Notes: a model not told the origin generated them from the sequence alone. Shown: positions 12,849 through 26,062, counted from the first letter of the whole stretch. The stretch: DNA of 63,917 bases, filler included, from Octopus bimaculoides (GCF_001194135.2; 6 parts of 6 records of this genome joined end to end with filler, not necessarily neighbours in it), one strand, 5' to 3'. Made by a program: numbers and translations.

Positions 12849-12948
12849 NNNNNNNNNNNNNNNNNNNNNNNNNNNNNNNNNNNNNNNNNNNNTTAATTAA
12901 TTAANNNNNNNNNNNNNNNNNNNNNNNNNNNNNNNNNNNNNNNNNNNN
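12849..12948. other. Artificial scaffold spacer
   Basis: N44-TTAATTAATTAA-N44. Confidence 0.95.
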
Positions 12949-13148
12949 TGACAACTATATCTGGTCTATTTGCCTTAATTTCTCTATCTGTGTGTATTGG
13001 CATATCCCAGAGTATGGTTGCTTTCTCGTTTTCTGTGACCTTTTCTGGCGTGTGTTTATACCATCTTTTTTCTGTTGCTATTCCATAATGTTGGCATAGC
13101 TTCCAGTGTATATAGGTCCCAGCTCTGTCGTGTCTGTGAATATATTCC
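12949..13148 (-). mobile_element. R4/Dong-clade non-LTR retrotransposon fragment (region leading into the restriction-like endonuclease)
   Basis: EYIHRHDRAGTYIHWKLCQHYG...WYKHTPEKVTENEKATILWDMPIHTDREIKANRPDIVV matches the RHD...IHW.LC...ILWD..I.TD....NRPDIV pattern of R4/Dong; abuts (TAA)n. Confidence 0.88.
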
Positions 13149-13192
<44 letters not shown>

Positions 13193-14506
13193 GTTGTTAT
13201 TCAATATTTGATAGTTTCAGGCAAATTTCTCCTAGATCACCTCTGTGCTGCTCTGGTGTGTGCAGTATAGTATGTTCTTGTTTTTTTGTTTTTGTTGTTG
13301 GAGGAGTACAAATTCTTCCCAGTGTTGTATTGCACCACTTTGTTTTGAATTGAATTACCAACATCTTGTAGCTTTTATGAGAAGATTTTTGTGAAGGGAT
13401 GTCTGTAAATTGGACTGTCATGTATCCTTGTTAGAGAAATCATTCAAGAAAAGGAACCCAAGAGAGACTGTCGTCCAATACACGTTCAGGAGGGAAATTT
13501 CTCTCTTACCAACTTAACAATATGAAAAGACAAAAAAAAAAAAAACATTGCTAAGCTGCTACAAATTAATAAATCTAAAAATAAATAAATAAAATAAATA
13601 ATAAAAATGTCTACAGTGATTAATAAACATCATAAAACTAACTATTCAACCATGATATGGAAATGAAAAGTACTTCCAAGCAATGTAAAATGAAGCAGAT
13701 AAAAAAAACAACAAAAAGCCCGCTTTGCCTTGTGGTAGAAATCAATGCCTCTGCTATTGTTTGAGTTACTAATATTAAAGTTAACCACTTGGGCATCATA
13801 AATAAGATTTCATTTATTATTATCATTATCATTATTATTATTATTATTTTGTATATTGCTTTATTGATTTCTTTTGGCAAGATGCAAGCTAATTTTTGTA
13901 AGAGATCAATTGAATTAAGCCAAGAAAATTACTGATACTTAATCTATCAGCAACCCGTCCTTTTGAAGAATAAAAGCCGAAAAATCAACTTCCCCCGCTG
14001 GGATTTGAACTCAGAATGTAGAGAACGAGATTAAACATTGTGTGGGTATTTTAGTCCAATGTTCTACTATTTCTTTTTATCTTAAGCGCAATGTTTATGT
14101 GTTACTAAATCAAACCAATAAAGAGAAATTTAATTAGAATTCATCAAATATAGAAGATAAAATAGAACATTAAATGTTGTAAATGTCTGAAAGAAACACT
14201 TGTCATGTTAATAATACTGAGCAATAGTCAGAATTACGCATTGCTTAGCAGGAAATTCTAACGTAAACAGCATACATAGAAACAAAGACATTTCAGAATT
14301 ATTGGCATCATTGAAAGGCAGCAGTCAAAGCTTTTGATTTCTGCATCTGACAGTTTGTTAAATATACAAGGAGGGTAGCGGTGGAAGAGATGATGTTCAT
14401 GATGGTGATGATTGAGTTTTTACATTTGAAACTCTGGTTATTGTAATGTAATCTTCCATCTAAAACTAAAACTTCTGTGTAAGTTCCAACAGTCCCCTAC
14501 CTTCAA

Positions 14507-14563
<57 letters not shown>

Positions 14564-14566
<3 letters not shown>

Positions 14567-14780
14567 CTTTTCTACTATAGGTACAAGGTTTGAAATTTTG
14601 CAGGAGGGGACTAGCCAATTACATTGACCCCAGTTTTTCACTGGTACTTAATTTATCAACCCCAAAAGGATGAAAGGCAAAGTCAACCTCAGCAGAATTT
14701 GAGCTCAGAACATAAACACAGATGAAATGCTGCTATGCATTTTGCCTGGCATGCTAACAATTCTCCCAGCTCACCACCTT
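14564..14780 (-). mobile_element. SINE family A (A2 tail) with (ATT)n end
   Basis: Core GGATGAAAGGCAAAGTCAACCTC; flanked by (TAA)n. Confidence 0.85.
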
Positions 14781-14804
14781 AATAATGATAATGATAATAA
14801 TAAT

Positions 14805-15015
14805 AATTCTTTCTACTATAGGCACAAGGCCTGGAATTTGTTGAGAGGGGGATAGTTGATTACATCGACCCCAGTACTGGTACTTATTTTATTGACCCCG
14901 AAAGAATGAAAGGCAAAGTCAATTATGGCAGCATTTGAAATCAAAATGTGAAGTCAGAAGAAATGCCAGTAAGTATGTTGTCCGACATGCTGACAATTCT
15001 GCCTGCTTTCCACCT
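14805..15015 (-). mobile_element. SINE family A (A2 tail), adjacent second copy
   Basis: Same core and tail, separately diverged. Confidence 0.8.
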
Positions 15016-15050
15016 TAATAATAAATGGATAGATCAATTGATAAATATAT

Positions 15051-15213
15051 AGGTGTAAGAGTGGCTGTGTGGTAAGAAGCTTGCTTCCCAACCACATAGT
15101 TCCGGGTTCAGTCCCACTGTGTGGAACCTTGGGCAAGTGTCTTCAACAATAACCTTGGGACAACCAAAGCCTTGTGAGTGGATTTGGTAGATGGAAATTG
15201 AAAGAAGCCCATC

Positions 15214-15245
<32 letters not shown>

Positions 15246-15470
15246 GTATATACATGTCTGCATTTGTGTGTTTGTGTTTGTCTCCACCCCCCGCTATTGC
15301 TTGACAACTGATTTTGGTGTTGATGTCCCCGTTACTTAGTGGTTCAGCAAAAGAGACTGATAAAATAAGTACTAGGCTTACAAAGAATAAGTCCTGGGGT
15401 TGATTTGTTCAACCAAAGGTGGTGCTCCAGTATGGCTGCAGTCAAATAACTGAATCAAGTAAAAATAAAA
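15051..15470 (+). mobile_element. SINE family B
   Basis: Head, CORE-like block, internal (AT)n, CCAGTATGGCTGCAG tail. Confidence 0.88.
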
Positions 15471-15774
15471 AATAAAGAGTAAATAATTAAATAAATAAAT
15501 AATATTAAAAATGACACAAGAACCCCTTTCTAAAGACAGTCTGTTATATTTATCCATTAACTTGTACGTAATGCCTTACTGTTTGTTGGAGATTGGTGCT
15601 GTAATCTTCTACATCTCAATAAGAACACTATAGAATCGTTATAGAATTCCAGTTGATGAAGTTGATAGCATGATAATCACCATCATCGTAATCATCACCA
15701 TCATCATCAGCAATAGCAACAACTGTACCATTTTAATGTTCACAGTGTTGCATATATCATAATTCTTCACAATT

Positions 15775-16040
15775 GATTGCGTGTCATCTTGTTTGTGAGA
15801 CCCAACATCTCCAGAATCTCGTCTCACCGCCCTCTTTCCCATGGCTTCTTTGCTGCTCTTCCTGCCAGTGACCCAACACTGTTATCGATACCTTCCACTT
15901 TTAGCACATATCGCTTATCCTCCAGCAGATACTGTCCGCACTTAATTTGTCCATACCAGCACACCTGTTTTCTTTCACACATCAGCTAATATCTTTATTG
16001 CTCATCCACTTTCATATTTCTCATGCATTCTGCTTTCATG
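15775..16040 (-). mobile_element. Degenerate RTE-clade LINE, ORF C-terminal part
   Basis: With frameshift: CWYGQI...VLKVEG...GRAAKKPWE...EMLGLTNKMT, resembling the RTE WYGHV...VEG...GRP.K.W...LGL pattern. Confidence 0.6.
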
Positions 16041-16213
16041 CAATTTAAAACTATACAGAAAAACAGTTTCCTGAGTGGGTATTTACTGCATCTCAGTGTT
16101 GTGCTATGGAGTAGTCTATGTGGGTTAATAAAATGCTAGAAATAGCAGCCAAATTTGCCTCACTCTACTATAAAAAAACAAAATGATAAGAATACATGCT
16201 GGATAATAGAGGT

Positions 16214-16402
16214 AGGCACAGGCATGGCTGTGTGGCAAGAAGCTAGCTTGCCAATCACATGGTTCCAGGTTCAGTTACACTGCAAGGCACCTTGGAAAAG
16301 TGCCTTTTGCTATAGCATTGGGTCAACCAATGAGTGGATTTGGTCAACAGAAACTGAAAGAAAGCCTGTTGCATGTGTGTGTGTGTGTGTGTGTGTGTGT
16401 AC

Positions 16403-16438
<36 letters not shown>

Positions 16439-16705
16439 ATATGTATATATATATGTATGTATGTATGTACGCGTGTGTGTGTGTGTGTATATGCTTTTGT
16501 GTTTGTCTCCCATCGCTGACTGACAACTACTAGTGCTGGTGTGTTTACGTCCCTGTAACTTAGCAGTTGGGCAAAAGAGATCGATACAATAAGCACCAGA
16601 CTTTGAAAAATAAGTACCAGGGTCAATACATTTGACTAAACATTCTTCAAGGCAATGCCCCAGCTTGGCCACAGTCTAATGACTGAAATATGTGAAAAAT
16701 AAAAG
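16214..16705 (+). mobile_element. SINE family B
   Basis: Head, internal (GT)/(AT) tract, tail GCCCCAGCTTGGCCACAGTC. Confidence 0.85.
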
Positions 16706-16920
16706 ATAAAATGATGTACTGTGCATGAAAAAAAATCAGGTCACAGCAAGAGCATCTTTGGTTATATAGATCTGCTCAATAAAACTGACCTGTGGTTAAA
16801 CAACAGTGCCACTACCAACAACAACTAGAACTCATTATGTCATTGATTTTGTAGTTGCTATGTAGCCTGGTATTGAGATACTGATTGAGTCTCTTTCTTA
16901 ATATATATATCTTATAAATG

Positions 16921-17384
16921 TGTGAGACTTAGCTTTTGATGTTCCTTTGTTTTGCAGTCATGAAGTTTTGGATTCAGTCCATCTGTGTAGCATCTTGAGC
17001 AAATGCCTACTATTTTAGTCTCAGGTCAACCAAAGCCTTGGGAGTGCAGTTGGTAGATAGAAATTGAAAGAAGCACATCAGGTGTGCTTGTGAGTGTGTA
17101 TATGTGTGGGTGTGAGTGTATGATGGGCTTATATATGGGAGTTTGTATGTAAGTGTCTTCTTTCCTTGGTATCATGCAATAGTTGTAAATGACTGTTACT
17201 ATCATAAAAGTAGTGTCAACTGTTTCCAGTCTTCTGTGAAAACCTGTCTGGCCTGGGGGAAATATTACGTTGCTTGGAAACAGATGAGGGTTGTTGACTG
17301 GAAGGGCATCTGGTTATAGAAAATTTACTTCAATAAATTCTCATGCAAACATGTAAAGTGGATGTTAAAATGATGGTGATGATG
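16921..17384 (+). mobile_element. SINE with B-like head and a different 3' half ending in (GAT)n
   Basis: B-like CORE block, then GGAAGGGCATC...GTGGATGTTAAAATGATGGTGATGATG. Confidence 0.6.
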
Positions 17385-17635
17385 TGTGTATATATGTGGC
17401 TTCATGGTAAGAAAATTGGTGTGTGTGTGTGTGTGTGTGCGTGTAATAAGGGTACTAAGAAACACCAGCTTTGCTAAAAATAGGAGTATAAAAGACTCTG
17501 AAGCCACAGGAATTATCACTAAATTTTTACAGGCATGGTGGAAAAAAAATAAGTGAATACAAATTGTATCTTATCTCTGCAAAATTGACAGAAGCACAGG
17601 AATTGCAACTTATATATAAGATCTATACATTATTA

Positions 17636-17764
17636 TGTTGTATCTGGGGAGAGTCATTCTTTTTTAGTGCCTTATTATTTAACACACACACTGGTAAAGT
17701 TTCCACTCATTTACTTTCTTTTTTCGTAAAATTTTCATTGCGTCTTGTAACCTTTTCAATAGTC
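17636..17764 (+). repeat. Interspersed repeat (GGGAGAGTCATT family), copy 1 of 3
   Basis: Aligns with 44445-44576 (+) and 45081-45151 (-). Confidence 0.75.
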
Positions 17765-17768
17765 AACG

Positions 17769-17980
17769 ATATGGCCAAACAGTTAAGGTGTTGCACTGAC
17801 GATTGTGAGGTCATAGGTTCAATTCTTGGACTGAGGAGTGCGTAGTGTTCTTGAGGATAGATGTTTATCTCATGTACCTCTGTGATCACTTCAACAATTG
17901 ACATGTACACCATGCACCTGTTCAAACAACATTGATTTGATGGAGGGAGTGAGCTAATGTACAGCACGTACAGCACGTAA
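17769..17980 (+). mobile_element. SINE family D
   Basis: tRNA-like head GTGTTGCACTGACGAT...GGTTCAATTC; aligns with 20043-20280. Confidence 0.7.
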
Positions 17981-18007
17981 ATTGCAGAGCCATATATATA
18001 TACACAC

Positions 18008-18098
<91 letters not shown>

Positions 18099-18132
18099 CG
18101 CACACACGCATATATACACACACACACACACA

Positions 18133-18174
<42 letters not shown>

Positions 18175-18187
18175 TATATACACATAA

Positions 18188-18944
18188 TTTTTCTTTTTTT
18201 TATTAGTTTCAGCTCAGAGCTGTGGCCATGCTGGGCCACTGCCGTTTTGCTACATTGTTATTATTGAGAGCCTCTTCTAATATATAGCATTTGGTGAATA
18301 AGGGAGTTTGATGTCGCTACCCTCATTTGCACCTCTTGGTGCAAAGTAGGTTCATTTCAATAGGATGAGGTCCAGTTTTGATTTGAAAACACCTACATCC
18401 ACTTTGTGTAGGTCCCTGAGGATCTTTGGGAGAATATTAAAAAGCTGTGAATCCCTGAAACCTAGGCTGTTGCAGTAAATGGTCCTGAAGTGTGATGGCA
18501 TTGTTGGGATCTTTGGCACTGTACAATGTTGATTCGTTCTGGCATTGGTGTAGCTTTCAATGCCAAACTTTGGCACAATTACTTCCATGATCTTCTAGAT
18601 GTATATTACTGCATACCTCTCCTGCCTTCTCTCCAGGGAGTAGAGTCTTGACTGTTTCAGCCTTTCCCAGTAACTGAGCTGTTGCAATGAGATGGTCTTC
18701 TTTGTGAAGGTTTGCTGGATTGCTTCAAAGTCCGCTGTTAATTTTACACTGTTGGGTGACCATGGCTGGGAGCAGTAATCCAGGTGGCTGAGGAGGAATG
18801 TCCTCCAGGGGACCATCATGGTTTCCTTCTCTCTGGTTCTGAACGTTCTCAGAATCTATCCAGCCAGTCGTCTGCACCTTGTCACCATCCTGGTAATGTT
18901 CACTTGGAAAGAGGTATCATCACTCACGTCAATACACCTGGAGT
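18188..18944 (-). mobile_element. CR1-group LINE 3' fragment (post-RT ORF2 C-terminus plus 3' tail)
   Basis: ILRTFRTREKETM...SHLDYCSQPWSP...SYWERLKQSRLYSLERRQERY...QLFNILPK...FKSKLD with stops and frameshifts; 5' part lost in a gap. Confidence 0.9.
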
Positions 18945-19130
18945 ATATATATATATATATATATNNNNNNNNNNNNNNNNNNNNNNNNNNNNNNNNNNNN
19001 NNNNNNNNNNNNNNNNNNNNNNNNNNNNNNNNNNNNNNNNNNNNNNNNNNNNNNNNNNNNNNNNNNNNNNNNNNNNNNNNNNNNNNNNNNNNNNNNNNNN
19101 NNNNNNNNNNNNNNNNNNNNNNNNNNNNNN

Positions 19131-19189
<59 letters not shown>

Positions 19190-19912
19190 TATATATATAT
19201 GCGTATATTGTTACAAATTTGGGATTTTACCAATAGAACTGCAACTCCTATTTCAGGACAACCTTATTGTCTGGAATACACATAGAAAGTTACATCCTAT
19301 ATAATAATAAACTAATATAAGCATTTTAAAACCTACTATAAAGTACAATAAAATTATTTAAAAATCTTATTTATAAAATATTTGATAAATAATTACTTAT
19401 ACCTTACCTGTTATTAGTCTGTTATTAGTCTAATACCTTACCTGTTATATATATCTATATATCTGACGTTAAACGATGGTGATGATGATCTATCTATCTA
19501 TATATATACATACATACACATATATGCGTGTGTATATATATATATATATATTTATATATGTATTAGCTGCATAGACAGATAGATAGATAAATAGATTGCT
19601 AGACAGATTCATACAAATATAGATCAATATCATCCTCATCATTTAATGTCCATCTTCTTTGCTGGCATAGAAGATGGATATTTTGCCAAGCCAGATAGTT
19701 GCATCAGGGTCCACTGTCTGCTTTGGTAAGGTTTGCACTGCCAACGATTTTACAGTGTTTACTGGGTACTTTATATATACATATATTTAGGAAAGTATGT
19801 ATGCAGTGTCAGGTGTATATGGCATCTGTACTAGCCTTAACATACCATTATACATACATAGACATGTCTATATAACTGTATGTATCTATCTATCTACCAA
19901 TCTATCTCGCTC

Positions 19913-20000
<88 letters not shown>

Positions 20001-20042
20001 AGCATATATGTATTTACATATATATGTATGTGTGTATGTGGG

Positions 20043-20280
20043 GAGTGTGCATGACCTAACATTTAAAGTGTTGCACTGACGATCACCAAGTCATTGATTC
20101 AGTTCCTGCACAGAGTGGCAGGTATAGTGCTCTTCAGGAAAGCAGTTTATCTCATGTTCCTCTGTGATCACGTCAACAACTGAAATATTGTACACTGTGC
20201 ACCTGTTCAAACAATATTGATTTGTTGGAGGGAGTAATCAAATGTACAACATGTACATTTGATCACTGAAACAAGTAAAA
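20043..20280 (+). mobile_element. SINE family D, diverged copy
   Basis: Shares GTGCACCTGTTCAAACAA...TTGATTTG.TGGAGGGAGT with 17769-17980. Confidence 0.7.
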
Positions 20281-20342
20281 GAATAAACAAGTAAAAGAAT
20301 AAAAGAATAAAATATATATATATAAAGAATAAAAGAATATAT

Positions 20343-20449
20343 ATCATCATCATCATCATCATCGTTTAATGTCTGCTTTCCATGCTAGGATGGGTTGGAC
20401 GATTTGACTGAGGACTGGTGCAACCGGATGGCTACACCAGGCTCCAATC

Positions 20450-20450
<1 letters not shown>
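20343..20450 (-). mobile_element. 3' tail of a (GAT)n-ending retroposon
   Basis: Minus strand ends GCATGGAAAGCAGACATTAAACGATGATGATG. Confidence 0.6.
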
Positions 20451-20482
<32 letters not shown>

Positions 20483-21303
20483 NNNNNNNNNNNNNNNNNN
20501 NNNNNNNNNNNNNNNNNNNNNNNNNNNNNNNNNNNNNNNNNNNNNNNNNNNNNNNNNNNNNNNNNNNNNNNNNNNNNNNNNNNNNNNNNNNNNNNNNNNN
20601 NNNNNNNNNNNNNNNNNNNNNNNNNNNNNNNNNNNNNNNNNNNNNNNNNNNNNNNNNNNNNNNNNNNNNNNNNNNNNNNNNNNNNNNNNNNNNNNNNNNN
20701 NNNNNNNNNNNNNNNNNNNNNNNNNNNNNNNNNNNNNNNNNNNNNNNNNNNNNNNNNNNNNNNNNNNNNNNNNNNNNNNNNNNNNNNNNNNNNNNNNNNN
20801 NNNNNNNNNNNNNNNNNNNNNNNNNNNNNNNNNNNNNNNNNNNNNNNNNNNNNNNNNNNNNNNNNNNNNNNNNNNNNNNNNNNNNNNNNNNNNNNNNNNN
20901 NNNNNNNNNNNNNNNNNNNNNNNNNNNNNNNNNNNNNNNNNNNNNNNNNNNNNNNNNNNNNNNNNNNNNNNNNNNNNNNNNNNNNNNNNNNNNNNNNNNN
21001 NNNNNNNNNNNNNNNNNNNNNNNNNNNNNNNNNNNNNNNNNNNNNNNNNNNNNNNNNNNNNNNNNNNNNNNNNNNNNNNNNNNNNNNNNNNNNNNNNNNN
21101 NNNNNNNNNNNNNNNNNNNNNNNNNNNNNNNNNNNNNNNNNNNNNNNNNNNNNNNNNNNNNNNNNNNNNNNNNNNNNNNNNNNNNNNNNNNNNNNNNNNN
21201 NNNNNNNNNNNNNNNNNNNNNNNNNNNNNNNNNNNNNNNNNNNNNNNNNNNNNNNNNNNNNNNNNNNNNNNNNNNNNNNNNNNNNNNNNNNNNNNNNNNN
21301 NNN

Positions 21304-21352
<49 letters not shown>

Positions 21353-21360
21353 ATATGTTT

Positions 21361-21568
21361 GTGTGTCTGTGTTTGTCCCCCCAACATCGCTTGACAACCG
21401 ATGCCGATGCGTTTACGTCCCCGTAACTTAGCGGTTTGGCAAAAAAGACCGATAGAATAAGTACTAGGCTTCCAAAGAATAAGTCCTGGGGTCGATTTAC
21501 TCGACTAAAGGCGGTGCTCCAGCATGGCCGCAGTCAAATGACTGAAACAAGTAAAAGAGTAAAAGAGT
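21361..21568 (+). mobile_element. SINE family B 3' half (head presumably in the upstream gap)
   Basis: Well-preserved tail GGCGGTGCTCCAGCATGGCCGCAGTCAAATGACTGAAACAAGTAAAAGAG. Confidence 0.9.
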
Positions 21569-21726
21569 ATATAAAATATATATACAATCTATATATAAAT
21601 ATAATATATATATGTAATCTATATATAAATATAATATATATATATAATCTATATGAATATATAATATACATCATATCTATATAATTTATATGTATCTATA
21701 ATATATATAATCTATATATATATATA

Positions 21727-21771
<45 letters not shown>

Positions 21772-21871
21772 NNNNNNNNNNNNNNNNNNNNNNNNNNNNN
21801 NNNNNNNNNNNNNNNTTAATTAATTAANNNNNNNNNNNNNNNNNNNNNNNNNNNNNNNNNNNNNNNNNNNN
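21772..21871. other. Artificial scaffold spacer
   Basis: N44-TTAATTAATTAA-N44. Confidence 0.95.
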
Positions 21872-22456
21872 ATAACTGGGAGAATGTAAAGCGAATTCTT
21901 TGATGCCGCGAGTGAAGAAGCAAAAAATGAAATTTCACTAAAGTCCTCTCAACAAGAAATAAAAAGGCACAAATATTGAAATGGACCGTATTTTCGGTCA
22001 TTCACAACACACGAAAGTGTGAAGCCACCAGTTAATGACGGTGAAAACTTAGCAATAGGTTTCTTCTTCGTGTTCTTTAATGGAAAAACTTTATCGCAAT
22101 TTCCAGCACAGGATCTGAAACAAAAGAAAAGTTCCTGAAAAATATTTTGTTGAAATTTGAATCCAAGGTTTAGGCATTCAATTAGCACTCTCCGGGTCTT
22201 TTTATACAGACTGCATTAAATCAATACTTTTGTATGCAAACTCAAAAAGAGTAAAAGGAAGTCAAGAAAAAAACCCGGGGGTTCTTTCATTATTTCAGTT
22301 TCCTAAGGAAACAAATAGTATGCTACACTTAGCAAAATGTATTGTTATAGAAATAAGCTTAACGGCAAGCAAAAAAATGAGTTAGTTTTTGAAAAGTCAC
22401 CTGAAGAGAGGCATCTGCATCTATAATGCATGACAGTTGTTTGTACAGCATCTCAC

Positions 22457-22501
22457 TTGTAAGGTACGGGTGCACGAAGGGTCGAAACGATCGTAGTGGT
22501 T
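22457..22501 (-). CDS. Candidate 45-nt internal exon, product unknown
   Basis: Acceptor actctttattcag and donor CAA|gtgaga; open in all three frames; no homology recognised. Confidence 0.2.
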
Positions 22502-23162
22502 CTGAATAAAGAGTTTCGGGAATTCTATTTTTGTCTCTCAGCTTTATATATGTGCGTGTGAGTGTGTATGTGCACAGATACATTCATACCACATACACAC
22601 ATACATGAGTGAGTGAGTGAGTGAGTGNNNNNNNNNNNNNNNNNNNNNNNNNNNNNNNNNNNNNNNNNNNNNNNNNNNNNNNNNNNNNNNNNNNNNNNNN
22701 NNNNNNNNNNNNNNNNNNNNNNNNNNNCACGCACACGCACACACACACGCACATAAAGACATTACTATAAGCAATAACTAACACTCATATCCCACGCCTT
22801 TCGTCTCTTTCGTCTCCCCCTCAAAGTCTCACTCAACGTTCCACCCGCCAACGTCCACTCACGCTCAAACATTTGTACTCGATTATACTCTGTTGCAATT
22901 GAGATTTTAACGTACAGCAGGTAAACAGACAAACACACACACACATACATGAATGCGCACACATACACGAATGCATACACGCGCTCGCACACACACACAC
23001 ACACACACGCACACATATATTTCTCAATGTACATGCATGTGTATGTGTGTATATATGTGTGTGTGTGTGATCATGTCCAAATGTGTACATGTAGGTATAT
23101 ATGGTCAAGTATACATATAAATAATTATATATAGATACGTACATACACACACATTTATGTGT

Positions 23163-23216
<54 letters not shown>

Positions 23217-23732
23217 NNNNNNNNNNNNNNNNNNNNNNNNNNNNNNNNNNNNNNNNNNNNNNNNNNNNNNNNNNNNNNNNNNNNNNNNNNNNNNNNNNNN
23301 NNNNNNNNNNNNNNNNNNNNNNNNNNNNNNNNNNNNNNNNNNNNNNNNNNNNNNNNNNNNNNNNNNNNNNNNNNNNNNNNNNNNNNNNNNNNNNNNNNNN
23401 NNNNNNNNNNNNNNNNNNNNNNNNNNNNNNNNNNNNNNNNNNNNNNNNNNNNNNNNNNNNNNNNNNNNNNNNNNNNNNNNNNNNNNNNNNNNNNNNNNNN
23501 NNNNNNNNNNNNNNNNNNNNNNNNNNNNNNNNNNNNNNNNNNNNNNNNNNNNNNNNNNNNNNNNNNNNNNNNNNNNNNNNNNNNNNNNNNNNNNNNNNNN
23601 NNNNNNNNNNNNNNNNNNNNNNNNNNNNNNNNNNNNNNNNNNNNNNNNNNNNNNNNNNNNNNNNNNNNNNNNNNNNNNNNNNNNNNNNNNNNNNNNNNNN
23701 NNNNNNNNNNNNNNNNNNNNNNCTGTGATATA

Positions 23733-23820
<88 letters not shown>

Positions 23821-23863
23821 CATGTATGTATATATTTATACATACATATAGATACATAAATAT

Positions 23864-23949
<86 letters not shown>

Positions 23950-24005
23950 TTCATGAACTACACAAATATACGGGCATACACATTCCTCTCTCTCACCCTC
24001 GCTCC

Positions 24006-24042
<37 letters not shown>

Positions 24043-24545
24043 CCCTCACACACATGCATGAACACACGATCGTCTGCTAAGCGCTCTACATCGCAGTCAT
24101 TGAGTAATCATTTATTCTTCGGAGAGTCAGTTTTTAAACTTAATCTGTGACGATATACATCAGCTTCTAATTAATTTTACACACTAGCATATAGCTGCCA
24201 GCCTGTTTACATATACACCTATGCAGATGGGTTTATTGTATGGGTAGCTGTATATATGTGTATGAGTTCATAAATTCCTATCTACGCTGCCTGTATTTAT
24301 TATGTGTGTGTGTATGCGTGCATGCGTGTCGGTGTGTGTGTGTGTGTGTGACTGTGTGTGTGTGACTGTGCATTCTCATATGTATATGTGTGTGGGTGCG
24401 TGTGAGTGTGTGTGTGTGCGGTTGTGTGTGTATATATGCAAATATATATAGACAAAATATGTATGCATATCATACTTGCATATATACACACACACACACA
24501 CATGAACGATTTACATATGTATGTGTTTCTCGTTCTCTCTCCCTC

Positions 24546-24627
<82 letters not shown>

Positions 24628-26026
24628 ATATATATAGATAGATATATATACATATATGGTATATATATATATATATATTATATATATATGTATATNNNNN
24701 NNNNNNNNNNNNNNNNNNNNNNNNNNNNNNNNNNNNNNNNNNNNNNNNNNNNNNNNNNNNNNNNNNNNNNNNNNNNNNNNNNNNNNNNNNNNNNNNNNNN
24801 NNNNNNNNNNNNNNNNNNNNNNNNNNNNNNNNNNNNNNNNNNNNNNNNNNNNNNNNNNNNNNNNNNNNNNNNNNNNNNNNNNNNNNNNNNNNNNNNNNNN
24901 NNNNNNNNNNNNNNNNNNNNNNNNNNNNNNNNNNNNNNNNNNNNNNNNNNNNNNNNNNNNNNNNNNNNNNNNNNNNNNNNNNNNNNNNNNNNNNNNNNNN
25001 NNNNNNNNNNNNNNNNNNNNNNNNNNNNNNNNNNNNNNNNNNNNNNNNNNNNNNNNNNNNNNNNNNNNNNNNNNNNNNNNNNNNNNNNNNNNNNNNNNNN
25101 NNNNNNNNNNNNNNNNNNNNNNNNNNNNNNNNNNNNNNNNNNNNNNNNNNNNNNNNNNNNNNNNNNNNNNNNNNNNNNNNNNNNNNNNNNNNNNNNNNNN
25201 NNNNNNNNNNNNNNNNNNNNNNNNNNNNNNNNNNNNNNNNNNNNNNNNNNNNNNNNNNNNNNNNNNNNNNNNNNNNNNNNNNNNNNNNNNNNNNNNNNNN
25301 NNNNNNNNNNNNNNNNNNNNNNNNNNNNNNNNNNNNNNNNNNNNNNNNNNNNNNNNNNNNNNNNNNNNNNNNNNNNNNNNNNNNNNNNNNNNNNNNNNNN
25401 NNNNNNNNNNNNNNNNNNNNNNNNNNNNNNNNNNNNNNNNNNNNNNNNNNNNNNNNNNNNNNNNNNNNNNNNNNNNNNNNNNNNNNNNNNNNNNNNNNNN
25501 NNNNNNNNNNNNNNNNNNNNNNNNNNNNNNNNNNNNNNNNNNNNNNNNNNNNNNNNNNNNNNNNNNNNNNNNNNNNNNNNNNNNNNNNNNNNNNNNNNNN
25601 NNNNNNNNNNNNNNNNNNNNNNNNNNNNNNNNNNNNNNNNNNNNNNNNNNNNNNNNNNNNNTATATATACATACATATATATGTATGTATGTATGTATGT
25701 ATATGTGTGTGTGTATATTTGTATAAATATATCCAGATATAGATATATATATATATATATATATATGTACATATATATACGCATAAATATTACATATATA
25801 CATATATCTATGTATATACACACATACCCACCCACAAACGTGAGTACATATATAATGTACATTGATTTAATATATATAAACACATTTATGTTTACATATG
25901 TACATATTTTTATTCACGCATGTGTGTCTATATGAATAATGTCTATATAGATATATATGCGTATATATACGCATATATGTATATATATATGTATAAGCTC
26001 GAATCTTCCCCTACGCTGCGACACAG

Positions 26027-26062
<36 letters not shown>

